A stretch of DNA of 63,994 nucleotides, the filler included, from Octopus bimaculoides (Eukaryota): assembly GCF_001194135.2 (NCBI RefSeq). It is 7 parts of 7 records of this genome, joined end to end, with 100 filler letters (N's around TTAATTAATTAA, not from the genome) between each part and the next. Parts side by side here need not be neighbours in the genome. Positions count along the whole stretch, not along the records: positions 1 to 23,591 come from NC_068981.1; positions 23,692 to 35,451 come from NC_068993.1; 5 more parts are not named here. One strand, written 5' to 3'. Of the stretch, positions 12,104 through 24,977 are shown piece after piece. The translations under genes were made by a program, and so were the position numbers. The notes below the pieces were generated by a model that was given only the letters and a program-made list of their open reading frames with translations, searched no databases and was not told where the DNA came from. Each line of letters starts with the position of its first letter. Position 1 is the stretch's first letter.

Positions 12104-12950
12104 GGAGGTGCGGTGGAACCTCGGAAATTCCCCTTTCTGACCACATCTCCTTCGTTTTTTTCATTGCAATTGTCTTAATTGACCTCATAATGTGTGGGAA
12201 ATGCATTTTGTCCGGGGAAAACTGAGGGGTGGGGGTGGGGCGGAACCTAGGGCAGTCCTGTATATTTTCTGTCTCAGGATTTGTGCTGGAATCGATCTTT
12301 TACTGGCGATCTGGGAGAGGTGTATATAATTTTACTGTCGCAATAAAAAATTGGTGCAGCATTTTTTTTATTTCTGTAGCAGGGATATAAATACCTGGCC
12401 AGGTACTGGTGTAGATAGTTTGAATGAATACCCCGCCTTTTCACTCATTCTTTTAAATCTCGCCAAAACCATTTGATGTGTTGTATGTGTGCATGTGTGG
12501 TGTCAACAAAATCTTCTTTGTGGTTTATCATGTAATGCTGATAGCCCAATGTTTGTATATCTTTGTAAGCCACTCAAGAATCACTGTAGATAACTGAGCC
12601 AGGTTTAATGTATTTTTGTATCAGTGGAAGCAATGTCGCTTTGTCACACTTCTGACTAGTCAGAGGAACAACAAAGTGACATTTGCTGATCCACTCAATT
12701 CCAGCGAACAGCCAAACATAAACATTTTAATTAGAATATACAATCTGTATATGGAATTAACTGATTATATGTATGAGGTCAATTAAGATGATTGCAATGA
12801 AAAAAAAATGCAGGAGACAAGGTCGGGAAGGGGAATTTCTGAGGTTCCACCCCACTCCCACCCCCTCGGTTTTCCACGAAAAGAATGCATTTCCGACAGT
12901 TTACAAAGTCAACTAAGATGATTGCACCCACCAAAAAAAAAAAACGCAGG
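12104..12950. mobile_element. Fold-back-like element with long inverted, tandemly reiterated termini
   Basis: 12104-12189 is the inverted match of 12772-12858; 12150-12240 also matches 12850-12950 inverted, i.e. a ~135-bp unit present ~1.3 times on the right and inverted on the left. Confidence 0.55.
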
Positions 12951-13673
12951 AAAAAAATTATTTATTACCGAAATCGAATTGATTTCTTTCGTTTTTCTTT
13001 TATCTCCCTAGGGAATCCGTTGACAAGCTTATTTCATTTACTTTTTTGTTTCTGGGCCCTTAAACTCACGAATATCAAGGTGCCACCCCGTCAGACCCCC
13101 ACCCTCTCAGTGGGCCTGTGTCCATATATATANNNNNNNNNNNNNNNNNNNNNNNNNNNNNNNNNNNNNNNNNNNNNNNNNNNNNNNNNNNNNNNNNNNN
13201 NNNNNNNNNNNNNNNNNNNNNNNNNNNNNNNNNNNNNNNNNNNNNNNNNNNNNNNNNNNNNNNNNNNNNNNNNNNNNNNNNNNNNNNNNNNNNNNNNNNN
13301 NNNNNNNNNNNNNNNNNNNNNNNNNNNNNNNNNNNNNNNNNNNNNNNNNNNNNNNNNNNNNNNNNNNNNNNNNNNNNNNNNNNNNNNNNNNNNNNNNNNN
13401 NNNNNNNNNNNNNNNNNNNNNNNNNNNNNNNNNNNNNNNNNNNNNNNNNNNNNNNNNNNNNNNNNNNNNNNNNNNNNNNNNNNNNNNNNNNNNNNNNNNN
13501 NNNNNNNNNNNNNNNNNNNNNNNNNNNNNNNNNNNNNNNNNNNNNNNNNNNNNNNNNNNNNNNNNNNNNNNNNNNNNNNNNNNNNNNNNNNNNNNNNNNN
13601 NNNNNNNNNNNNNNNNNNNNNNNNNNNNNNNNNNNNNNNNNNNNNNNNNNNNNNNNNNNNNNNNNNNNNNNNC

Positions 13674-13923
13674 TGGCTTGTGCGGGTGGCACATAAAAGA
13701 CACCACTTCGAGCGTGGCCGTTTTCGTGCGGGTGACACGTAAAAGCACCCACTACACTCTCTGAGTGGTTGGCGTTAGGAAGGGCATCCAGCTGTAGAAA
13801 CTCTGCCAAATTAGATTGGAGCCTGGTGTTGCCATCCGGTTTCACCAGTCCTCAGTCAAATCGTCCAACCCATGCTAGCATGGAAAGCGGACGTTAAACG
13901 ATGATGATGATGATGATGATGAT
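13674..13923 (+). mobile_element. 3' end of the RTE-like LINE family, ending in (GAT)n
   Basis: Inverted match to 3724-3960, including tandem-unit remnants and GGAAGGGCATCCAGCTGTAGAAA. Confidence 0.8.
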
Positions 13924-14483
13924 ATGGCAAATAAGAAAACGGAGAGGATATAAAATTGACAGACATCAGCCTGTAAACATTCCAGTATGTCTATTTATTC
14001 AAATGTATTGGATGAATATACACACATGTATGAGTGAAGGGTGTGAAAGCATATAAGCATATAGAAACAAATAAGCAATTGAGCAAAAGAGCAAAATGGC
14101 AATAAACTGAATGGGTGTGCAGGTGCCAGTTCCTTGCCAAGAAGCAACGAAATCTTCCAGGTTATCTCCATCTTTTCAGTGTTATCCACGGATGAGCAGA
14201 CAATGCTTGGAAAATGGGTGTGCCCCTAGGCTTCTTCAGAGGGTCTAAGTGGTTGGTGGGGTTAACACATATAAAAGTTAGTTAAGAATAGCTAAAGTGT
14301 GTTTATCCTTTTAAATAGAGTAGAATGAGAATAAGAGTAAGAGCAAGTACAAGAATACAAGTGGAGTACGTCATAGTACAATGATTTGGGCATAGCAAGG
14401 GGAAATAAGATACAGACTTCTCGTAATGTATTTTAAGATCCATGTTATTTCATCCAGTGGTGAGTAGGTGAAATTAGTCGTTC

Positions 14484-14592
14484 TCAGAAGGAGTTCTTCC
14501 AGGTGAGAGTTCTTCCAGGTGGGAGTTCTTCCAGGCAGTAGTTCACATTGTTCTTCAGAAGGAGTTCTTCCAGGCAGTAGTTCACATTGTGT
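14484..14592. repeat. Nested short tandem duplications (17-bp and ~45-bp units)
   Basis: GAGTTCTTCCAGG occurs four times; TCAGAAGGAGTTCTTCCAGG and GGCAGTAGTTCACATTGT each occur twice. Confidence 0.8.
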
Positions 14593-17500
14593 TTCCATAG
14601 AACTTTAGTGGTGGGTTTGATGGTATGGTCCATGTTACAGAAGTGAAAGTTTATATGTGAAGTGCCAGTTAGTAGGTGTAGCATTGCAGAGGGTATGGTA
14701 TAAGGAACTTATAATGAATACATCTTGTGAAAATTTGGTGCATGAGTGTATCAATGATATGAGTGTGTATGAGTGTTTGCAAATAATTCTATATAAGTGA
14801 CACCAAACTAGAATATTGTTTTGATAGCAACTGGTGTCTCTAAAGTTGCAAAAATTTGATGAATCCCAGTCCTTTTAAGTGGAGAAAAGAAAACCAAACA
14901 TGTTTTCATACTTGCATGGATGGAATAAAAGGAATGACCTCTCCCTTCCTCCCTCCTTTCTCTCTACTGCATCCGCTCTACTGCCCACTTAGGCACCAGC
15001 ACCCACCTAGACTGTCTCAATGCCCACCGGGGGTGGTAGCGCCCATTTTGAGAACCTATACTCTAAACATACCTGTTAATTAAGTTTCCTTCTCTGTCTT
15101 TATGTGTGACTGAACCCAGAACCACATAGTTTTGAAATGGTTTGCTTAACCCCACAGTCATGTCTATTCCTAAAAAAATAATAGATTATTATTTGATACT
15201 TTTCTTGGGAAAATATGCTTCAGATTTTATTTGCCAAAATCATGGTATTGTAGTCTTAATGTCTATAGGTTATTGTATAAGATATTCAAGAATATTATAC
15301 ATTTTATCAAATAATTCATCAGTAAGCAATTTTTGTCTTTGTGTCCCTTTTAGGTTTATACCATGAAGTTCAGAAATATAGGCAAAAAAGAGAGATTCAG
15401 GTGGATTCACATTATGAGAAAGAATGATTGTAGTCAGTGATTATTATAGGGTGAAAGGAGTGAGTCATTGTGTGGAGAAGTATTTTAGTGAATGATGAAT
15501 CTGGGCACTGCCAGGGTGTGACCTGCTGTTCACAGCTGAAATATTTCCTGGCACTGAAAATAAAGCCTATAGAGTTTTGGTGTTTTGCAAAACGTGCATT
15601 TTGTAGAGGAGGTCATGAGACTAAGTATTTGTTTGGATCTGATATGCAAAATTAGATCAAACACAGAAAATAACTTATGCTTTGTGAAGTTATATATATA
15701 TATATATGCAATATGACCATCCCCAAGTACAACAATATATATATATATATATAAATTAATGATGTGTTAAAGAATTTTTTCCTTATCTTCTTCTTTTCAT
15801 TGGATATATGTGTGTGTGTGTGTGTATACATGTCCTAGCTTTTTATCTTCTAGGTATAATATCCAGTGAACCAATGAATGACTCATGAAAAACTTATTAC
15901 ATATACATATTTTAAAAAGGTTTGTGGAATATGATTGATTTGTTGAAATGTGTTGTGGTGGTAAAAGGGTAGGGAAGCATGGCTGTATAGCCACTTACTG
16001 AAAAGCATGAGAGATATATGAGGGAGAGATAATTGACCTACTATGTATGGCATAGTTGAATGGTTTAGTCAATATCTGCTCGGTTTTTTTTTAAGAAGTA
16101 TTCAATTTGCTTCCAACTCAATGTAATTTCTTTCCTTGCAACTGAAAGCAAAGTGCCTTATGCATGCTCTTTTGCCAGAAATCTGTTATTCACAAAATAT
16201 GAGATGTAAAAAAAAAAGATATTCAAATAAATAGGTATATTTTCATGCTTTTATAAACTCTTAAAATCTAAAAATATATCTTATTCTTTCTCACACACCT
16301 TTAAAATTTTACATGTGATCATTTATTTATTAAAAAGGTTTTTTAAAGCATTCACTGATCCACAAATTCACTTTTTTTATAATCTACCAAAGATATTCTT
16401 TATTTCTATTATTATTTCTCTTAATATCATTTAGAAAAAAATTATGATACAGTTTTCTGCATCACATCTGTTCTTGGTATAGTATTTTCTTTTTGATTTA
16501 AATTCTCTTGTCATTTCTTGTAATTCACATCAATAAATCATGTACGAGAAATGACCAAGTATTTGGTAAGCAATTCATCACTGATTTCTTTCATTCTGCT
16601 ATTTTGACATTTTGTTAAACAGAAAAGTTATTGATGCTGCTCAAAGCTTTTAGCTAAATATCTTCTTACATACACATGCTTTGAAAATTATTCTGCCAAA
16701 AGCCTTGAAATTCCTCTAACCTGAAGCATTTTCCAATTTAGAATTTTCTTCGTATTTTCCCAACATAATTATAACTGTCTCTCAAGTTTGAACACCTTCA
16801 AAGGATATCGATTTTATATAGTTCATTGTTTATTTATTTTATCTAATTCTTTTATCTAGTTCACATATTTTACCTCCAAGGTTTATACTTTTCAAGTCTC
16901 TTTTTTCTTTTGTTCTTTCTCCATACTAATAATCTAAGAAATCTAAGTTCTTTCTTTATAAATGAAGTCATTAATATTGAAATAGGTGAGCACCTCAAAA
17001 TCCAAGTCTGAGACCCAGTTTTAGATTCCTGGGCGTAACTACTTTACTTCACTTATGTTGCTAATAGAAGTTCTTGAGAAATACCTGAATGTCAGACATT
17101 ATCATTTTCTCCTCTATAAATTTGAGGCTTTATATAAAAATAAAATCAATATTGGTGATGCTATCTACCTTGATTTTTTTCCCAATTATCTTATGCATTG
17201 TCTGCACTCGATATCTCAGACATTTTCTATCAATATTACATAATTCAACTTTAAAGAAAACCATGTTCTTATTTCATTAATGTTCCATGTTCATCAATTT
17301 ATAAATCACAAGACTAATGATCAGATTCTTTATCTGATAGCCAAACTTTGTTTTCATGAAATCAAGTATCTTACCAGACATAGCAGTCTTTATATTTTGT
17401 TCTACAGGATATCAATCATTTTTTTGTTCTGTCTTAAATCTTCTAATATTAAGTTGCTTAATAACTTCTTCCAAATCTGGTTTGCTCGATCCTTAAGTAT

Positions 17501-18156
17501 TGCTTACTTATTAGGGACAAACATTTATTAATCTGTACACTCTACATCTTTTCCCTATCTTCTAATTTTCCTGACAAACTTTTAAAGAAACACTTCAAAA
17601 CAATCCTATTATTTCCTTCAGATTATTTTTCCTAATCATCTGGGTAGTTAGAGTATAACTCAGATCATGTTTCTCCTCTATGGAAGACCAACTGGGAGGA
17701 AATTTTAAGTATAGCTTCAAATGTCATTCAAATTCTTGACTGGTTATATTGTTGTTATTGATATTTTGTTATATATAATGAAATATATTATTTGCTAGAG
17801 ATGTTGTCGCCTTTCATTCACAATTCTTTCTAAAAGACAAAAAATTTGTATACGTTCTCAAAGCCTAACTTATTAACAAAAGTATTTGGACATGGAATTA
17901 GTTGATGTTATTGCCAGAAATCTGGATTTAAAAACCCATACTTCACTATAATTTTAATGTTCTTTTTTCCTAACTTGCATGAGCCAGATAGAATTGGTTG
18001 AAGCAGATTTTCTATTGATAGATGCCATCTCCTGATACCAACTCACATTTGTTTCCTAGTAAGGTAATACTTTCTTATGATTGGATATGTTTTCACATAA
18101 GACTGGAAACAAATAACACTTGTTGTATGACAGCAGCACTCATATACAACTATGAA

Positions 18157-18332
18157 CACACACACACACACACACACGCACATAATAGGCTCTTTTTAGT
18201 TCTCTCTATGAAATCTACTCACAAGGCTTTGGTCAGACCAAGGCTATAGTAGACACTTGCCCTAGGTGTCACACAGGTGGAGTGATCCAAAAATCCTGTA
18301 GTTGGGAAGTAAACTTCTTAACCACACAGCCA
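18157..18332 (-). mobile_element. SINE family A 5' half, diverged
   Basis: CTCACAAGGCTTTGGTCAGACCAAGGCTATAGTAGACACTTGCCC...ACCACACAGCCA. Confidence 0.75.
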
Positions 18333-19660
18333 TGCCTGCAATATATGAGAAAAGAGAAAAACAGACCACCTTTCCTACTATTTTATCATGCTATCAAGTT
18401 TTGAATGGTTTCAATGAATTTTGATTTTTCATATTGTATCTAAAATGGTCAAAGCTGTTGAGTTCTGTGATGCAAATTGTCTATTTACAATAGAAAATTT
18501 GGAAAGTTGGCAGAGTTGGCTTTCTCAATTTTGCTACTTAAATAGAAATTAATATCAGATTGATTTTGTTCTTACCAAGAAAAATACAGTTGCATTGTTT
18601 TTTGTGAAGTCTAAGTTTCTCCTTGATGAATGAAATTTTGAGCCCCTACCCCACATAGGTCCTTGGTTGGCAATTTTGAATTGAAGATGGGGGATATTTG
18701 TATGGAAATTATAAGAGAAGGAACCTATAAAAGTTGAAAGATCCAATTAGAACAGGGCAATAAAGAAGTTTAAAGGAAAGCCAGATGTTTCTAACATACA
18801 ATTTTCTCTGTTGAAATCCTTCCACCAGTTTTTTTTTAGTATTACAAGACAGGTAGTTGGAGAAAGTTCTCAACCAGGCAGCAGATGCCATTAGTGGAAT
18901 AATGTTGTAGATTGGGCTATATAAACTAAATAATAGAATTGTAGAGAATGAAAGAAAGGAAATAAAAAGAAGTGATATCAAGAAACAACAAGCTTTCTTC
19001 TATTATAAATCCATTCTTCTCTATGATACTTTATCAGCATATTAAATCAACTCAGTTCTTTATTTTTATCTACTCCAGAAGGATGAAAGGTAAAACTGAC
19101 ATTAGCAGGATATGATCTAAAAATATAAAGGTCCAATGATTTAATAACTCTTCCATTTTATTCTTTTATTTTTTATCAAGGAAAGAAATTAAGGGAAGAT
19201 TTGCTACTATAAAGAGGAGAAATATGAAATACTTTGAATTGCATAGCAGTTTGTTTATATGACTTAGAATATCATTAGAGGAAAATAAGTCCAAAATGAC
19301 ACTGACACATATGACAGAATAGAAAAAGAAGCAGGGACATGTTACTATAAAAAGTTAGTAAACGAAAGATATTAGTGGGATGGTGGGAAACTTTCTAAGC
19401 AGATCTAACTGAAGAGCCAGCAATAAACTTAAGCTAAAGCATGTTTACTATTAAAAAGGTGAAGTCACTGCAAAATGCAGGTTCCTTAAAGGTTGTTGTC
19501 AAGACGTAGAAAGCATCAAGCTATGTAGGTATGTTGCTAGTTAATCAGTATTTCCCTCAAATGATTGGTATATCTGTACCTTTGTAAACTGCTACAAAGA
19601 CTAAGGAATTAAATTTGATTAATCAGTTTGATGGATATAACTTTGCTTTCAAGTTTGTAG

Positions 19661-19894
19661 TTTACTCTTTTACTCTTTTACTCTTTTACTTGTTTCAGTC
19701 ATTTGACTGCGGCCATGCTGGAGCATTGCCTTTAGTTGATCAAGTCGACCCCAGGACTTATTCTTTGGAAGCCTAGTACTTATTCTATCAGTCTCTTGTG
19801 CCAAACCACTAAGTTACGGGGACGTAAACACACCAGCATCAGTTGTCAAGTGATCTTGTGGGGGACAAACACAGATACACTAACATACACAAAC

Positions 19895-19935
<41 letters not shown>

Positions 19936-20092
19936 TACGACGGGCTTCTTTCAGTTTCCATCTACCAAATCCACTCACAAGGCTTTGGTCAGCCCGACGC
20001 TATAGTAGAAGACACTTGCCCAAGGTGCCACACAGTGGGATTGAACCCAGAACCATGTGGTTGGTCAGCAAGCTACTTACCGCACAGCCACT
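19661..20092 (-). mobile_element. SINE family A, full length
   Basis: Head (plus strand ...CTACTTACCGCACAGCCAC), internal (TA)n/(CA)n, and a (TACTCTTT)3 tail at 19661-19690. Confidence 0.9.
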
Positions 20093-20129
20093 CATACGTT
20101 TGGAAATTATTTTTGATACATTTTGTATT

Positions 20130-20990
20130 CTGATGGCAATGAAAAATATTATAGATGGATGAATGACTTATGAAAGCTGTGAATGCGGATTTGTAAGGCA
20201 GGATTTGTAATGTGTGCAGGGATGAATCTAGTATACAGGTAAGTGTTACTGGAGGCTCTGCCTGTAGTTTGCTGCTATTCATTACATACTTTGAGGTATT
20301 GGTGCAGGAATTCAAAGCAGGATGTTTTGAGGAACTTTTATATGCTAATGACCTGTTTCTCATTGCACAATCTTTAGAACTTAAAGTAAACCTCCAAATC
20401 TAAAAGGATGGTAAAAAATTCAAAGGTCTGGAGAGTAACATGGAAAAGATAAAATTCTTAGTTACAGAGAGCACAACATTCCATTGCCACCACGGAAGTG
20501 ATTCACTCAATATATAAGAAGGGAATTGGCAGGAATGCAATAACATGTATTCATGTGAACTATGGTTACACAAAAAAATGTAATGTAATTACTTATAGGT
20601 TGACAGAGAAACATGATTTCAATTGCACAGTAATTATCAGTACAAAAGAACTTCATGAACTGCTAAGGTGATTTAATAAATATAATTAGTATGTTCTGCT
20701 GTTTAGATAAAATAATCAGTACTGGAGTTGATTATAGTGTCAGTAGTATCTAAATAAAAAAAAAAGGAAAGGGTTAGGAAATTTAAGGGTCTGTCATCAT
20801 TGTTAGTTGCTAAGATGTTTTTTCTTCATGTGAAAAAGCAGAATGTATCAACCACGTGTAAAGAATATGATGCAGCATGATTCTGAGATATAGGCATTGA
20901 CTGCAAAAGATCTGAAGTGGCAGGAGAGAAATGAATCAGTTATGATTCATTGAATGGGTAATGTTTAGTTGCATGGAGAAATGAGAAAAT
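20130..20990 (+). mobile_element. Old degenerate copy of the PHD-bearing RTE-like LINE
   Basis: EELLYANDLFLIA (RT YADD-like motif), followed by remnants matching the PHD region and the HGSETW...D...ERNE region of 3724-5232. Confidence 0.65.
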
Positions 20991-21315
20991 CATACACACA
21001 CACACACAAAAAAAAAAAGAAAAAAAAAAAGAAAAAGTGCAAAAATGAAAATGTCTTTTCCTGAGACTAAAAACAGCAGAAACACATTCTTATAATTCTG
21101 TGCCATTGTATGATTATAATGAGGATATATGTAGAGTAAGGGAAGACTGGTTACAAACTGGGTGGCAAATACTACTATTACAACAACTACAGCAGCTGTT
21201 TCTGATGCTGCTGCTCATGCTGCTACTACTATTACTGCTGCCCCTAATCCTGCTGTTGCTGTTGCAGTTGCTGCCACTGTTGTTGCTGTTGCAGTTGCTG
21301 CCACTGTTGTTGCTG

Positions 21316-21316
21316 T

Positions 21317-21349
<33 letters not shown>

Positions 21350-21395
21350 CACCACCACCACCACCACCACCACCACCACCACCACCACCACCACC

Positions 21396-21426
<31 letters not shown>

Positions 21427-21440
21427 TTACTACTACTAAG
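21316..21440. repeat. Compound (ACT)n(ACC)n(ACT)n microsatellite with upstream GTT/GCT-rich low complexity
   Basis: Seen directly; explains the poly-P/poly-T/poly-G ORFs. Confidence 0.95.
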
Positions 21441-21449
21441 AACAACAAT

Positions 21450-21810
21450 AAGTTTTTCTAGTATAAGCACAAGGCCTGAAATTTTGAGGTGACGAGGATA
21501 GTCAATTACTCTAACCCACGAATTTGACTAGTACTTGATTTATTGACCCTGAAAGGAGGAAAGGCAGAGTCAACCTTGATGGATTTAACCCAGAGTGTTA
21601 AAAACAGAGGAAATGCCATTAACCATTTTCTCCTGTGTGCTAACAATCCTGCCAGATTGCCACTTTGGTTTCAAATTTTGGTCCAAAGCTAGCAATTTTA
21701 GAGGAGAGAGTAAGCCAATTACATTGACCTCAGTGTTCAGCTCATACTTATTATATTGACCCTGGAAAGATGAAAGGCAAAGTCAACATTGGCAGAATTT
21801 GAACTTGGAA
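21450..21810 (-). mobile_element. Two tandem diverged copies of SINE family F
   Basis: GACCCTGAAAGGAGGAAAGGCAGAGTCAACC and GACCCTGGAAAGATGAAAGGCAAAGTCAAC about 210 bp apart; related pieces at 11170-11400, 19020-19130 and 59840-59960. Confidence 0.6.
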
Positions 21811-21811
21811 T

Positions 21812-23171
21812 ACAATAGGGCCTTTCTATGGAAAATACTTGGCAAACTTGGATGTCCGGATCACTTTGTATCTATAATTAAATCATTTCATGATGGGATG
21901 GAGGCTTGGGTCAATGTTGGTGGTGGCATGGCGGGACCCAATCCTGTAGAGAATGGTGTCAAGCAGGGTGACATCCTTGCCCCAACTCTCTTTTCTTTGT
22001 ACTTTGCTGCTGCTTGTACTCGTGCTTTTGCTAAGGTTAGCTCTCTGGGAATATATGTCAGATATCGATCTTCTGGCCGCCTCTTTTATCTTCGCCGATT
22101 TGCTGCCAATTCAAAGGTTCTCCAGTCTATTATTCGTGACCTCCTTTATGCAGATGACTGTGACTTAGTCACTCATACAGTGGATGACATGCAAATACTC
22201 ATGAATTGCATTTCTGCTTCTTGCAAGGCATTTGGACTTGGCATTAGCTGGGACAAGACTGTTGTAATGTTCCAGCCTGCACCAGGAAATCCATATGTGA
22301 AACCAGCTATCTTGGTCGAAGGAACAATTCTGAAGGTAGTAGACAAGTTTGTCTACCTGGGCAGCACACTCAGCCGTTCTTGCTTCCTATATGAGGAAAT
22401 ATGTTTCAGGTTGCAGAGAGCAACTAATTCCTTCCGGTCTCTTCAGTCTCGTGTCTGGTCCCAGCATGGCATAGCAAAGCAAACAAAAGTTGCTGTGTAC
22501 CGTGCATGTGTACTGACATCACTTCTCTACTCGTGTGAAACATGGACTCTGTACAAACGTCAGGTAAGGGTCCTTGAACGCTTTCATCAGAGATGTCTCA
22601 GGCACATTCTCAATGTTGGCTGGACCTCAAAAACTCCAAACACACAGATCCTGAGGACAGCTGATATCTTGAGTATTGAGGCGATGGTGCACAAGCACCA
22701 GTTACGTTGGACTGGACACCTAATTAGAATGAAGGATAGCAGGATTCCTAAGCAGATGCTATATGGAGAACTTGTGAATGGAAGGAGACTCCAGCAGAAA
22801 CCAAGGCTGTGCTTTAAGGACTGTGTCAAGTCCTCATTAAAGGGCTGTGATATGCAGGACACTGACTGGGAGAACAATGCCTGTCATCGCCACGGATAGA
22901 GGAAGCAGGTTAAGGAGAGGATCAACACTTTTGAGAGAGCACGTATCCCGCATGAAGAACTTAAGTGAGCTGCGCGAAAGCGCACAGCTCGTATAGTGAA
23001 TGGGGAAAGTTTCGTCTGCAATGTATGCAGTTGTGTATGCTTGTCAAGAGCAGGGCTCATTAGCCACCAACGGAGCCGCAAATGCAAAAAAAATATAAGT
23101 TAGTCTTAGAGCGCACAATGTTCCTGAAGGTCGGCAATGGTCTTCCTTGGTCACGAGTGGACGGCCATCAT
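21812..23171 (+). mobile_element. 5'-truncated RTE (BovB-like) LINE, RT C-half open
   Basis: 366-aa ORF with GVKQGDILAPTLF, LLYADD, FVYLGS and LLYSCETW; C-terminal C2H2-like segment FVCNVCSCVCLSRAGLISHQR after an in-frame stop; 3' UTR ends ...GGCCATCATATAT. Confidence 0.95.
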
Positions 23172-23332
23172 ATATACTTATGCATGTATATATATATATA
23201 TGTATATATATATGTATAAATGTGTATAGAAATGTATATATATATATATATAATTGCAGCGTGGAAGGTGTTTATAAGCCATTTAAAATAACACACAAAA
23301 TTCGTTAGATTCACTTCAACATTTAAATTTAA

Positions 23333-23383
23333 TTTGTCAAAATATTTTCGTCGCTTTGAGACCGCGACCTGTTCACTGACAAA
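23333..23383 (-). ncRNA. Hammerhead-like fold with non-canonical core
   Basis: TTTGTC-AGTGAACAG-GTCGC(N9)GCGAC-GAAA-ATATTTT-GACAAA: stems I and II, GAAA and the palindrome AAATATTT are present, but the CUGAUGA box does not match. Confidence 0.3.
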
Positions 23384-23591
23384 ATTCTGTGCTGCATCTG
23401 AGAAAGTAATAGTTAGTTCATGATATATATGTACATGTATATGTATGTATGTATGTATGTGCGTGTACATGTGTGCGCGTATGCATTTGTGTACATGCAT
23501 ATGCATGTGTGCATGCCTATACACATGTATGTATATATGTATATATGTATGTATGTGAGTATGCACGTATGTACTTATGGATGTACGTGAG

Positions 23592-23691
23592 NNNNNNNNN
23601 NNNNNNNNNNNNNNNNNNNNNNNNNNNNNNNNNNNTTAATTAATTAANNNNNNNNNNNNNNNNNNNNNNNNNNNNNNNNNNNNNNNNNNNN
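23592..23691. other. Artificial 100-bp scaffold spacer N44-TTAATTAATTAA-N44 (12-mers also at 35496, 38731, 41113, 51150, 61792)
   Basis: The identical 12-mer, with stops in all six frames, is centred in ~100-bp N blocks six times. Confidence 0.95.
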
Positions 23692-23775
23692 TATTTGGTT
23701 CTAAAGTTTGATGGCTTAAGTAGCAGCAGCCAAAGGAGGAAAAGGCGAAGAAGAGGGGTGGTGATAATAATAGTA

Positions 23776-23840
<65 letters not shown>

Positions 23841-23899
23841 GGAAGAAGAAGAAGAAGAAGAAGAAGAAAAGAGTGGTAACATCCAGTAGTAAAGGCCGT

Positions 23900-24943
23900 A
23901 CGTAGAATCTTTTTTAAGGGTCAACTGGCCTCACAGCGACCTGTTGTGACTCGTTGTTGCAGTAGCACTAGGGATTGTTTTATATAAATTCGTGGGTAGT
24001 GACTGTTCTAAATATATCTATCGTTTTAAATATTTCCGTGGTTATTATTCGTGGATCCCTCTAGTAGTGTCATCTGTGGTGGAAGCATTCAGAAGAGGTT
24101 TAAACTTTGCAATAAAATATGTTTCCTTGCTAATGTGCTGATTATAGGTTGCATTGTCTCTAAACTTACAGAAGGGAAAAATTCTAAAGTTGGGTTCTTC
24201 TTTAGTGGCGCAAATGTCGATGTGTTCACTTAATGCTATTTTTCCGTATTCCCGTATTTTAATTTGGGATTTATGTGCGGCCAACCCCTGGCGTAGACTG
24301 CTTTTAGTTTGACCAATGTATTGCTCTCGACACCCTGAGCAACACATTCATCAGGTTTTCTGAAGCACATGTGAAGTTGATTTTTACTGTAAAACATTGA
24401 CCCTGTTTGAAGGATAACTCCGATCCCTCAATTAGGTTTACGCATACACCACTGTTAGGTCTTCTGCATTTTTTTACTGTCGGCATCGATGTTGTTGATG
24501 ACTTTACTTGGGCTTCTGTTAGATTACTTTTCATTGACTTAGAGTATCTTTTGCTCCTTATGACGCTGTGCGTTTGGAGGATTTGATACATTCTACGGTC
24601 CCTTTTTAGTAAAGGAATGTTCTAGAGGATGGTGTCGTAGGCCTCATTGTTTAGGTGATTGTGTGTGGATATGTATAGCAGGGCTTTTAGTTGTAATTCA
24701 TTCTTTGGCTTGGGATGTCTGAATTCGTGGGCGTTGAGTTGTAGGGCATATTGAAAACCTATATCATTTAGTAATGGTGGGTGATTTCTGTTGCTGTTGA
24801 TGAGTGTATCCTTTAGCTCATGTAGTCGTGTGTCCCTGGTGCTAGTATCAGATACTATAATGCAAATCCTTTCGGCCAGGTTGAAAGAGATATTCATTCT
24901 AGTGTGTCTGGTTTGGCATAAGTTGAACGGTAGATATTGCTTA

Positions 24944-24945
<2 letters not shown>
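23900..24945 (-). mobile_element. Penelope-like element, RT thumb + GIY-YIG endonuclease remnant
   Basis: KQYLPFNLCQTRHTRMNISFNLAERICIIVSD (PLE thumb), FTCASENL...CSGCREQYIGQTKSSLRQ...H...KETYFIAKFKPLLN (GIY-YIG); frameshifted. Confidence 0.9.

Positions 24946-24977
<32 letters not shown>

Larger units (their letters stand above)
11809..15060. mobile_element. hAT (Charlie-like) MITE ends separated by nested insertions
   Basis: Left TIR CAGAGGTTCTCAAA (11809-11822), right TTTGAGAACCTATA (15047-15060); flanking 8-mers CTCCAAAC / CTCTAAAC (7/8 identical). Confidence 0.5.

Noticed and set aside
17055-17243. DAIYLDF as a CR1 RT motif
   Set aside because: Not followed by KAFD or other RT motifs; AT-rich chance match or too decayed to call.
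21100-21492. Poly-Pro/Thr/Gly mucin-like ORFs
   Set aside because: Trinucleotide repeats open on both strands; no splice or domain support.
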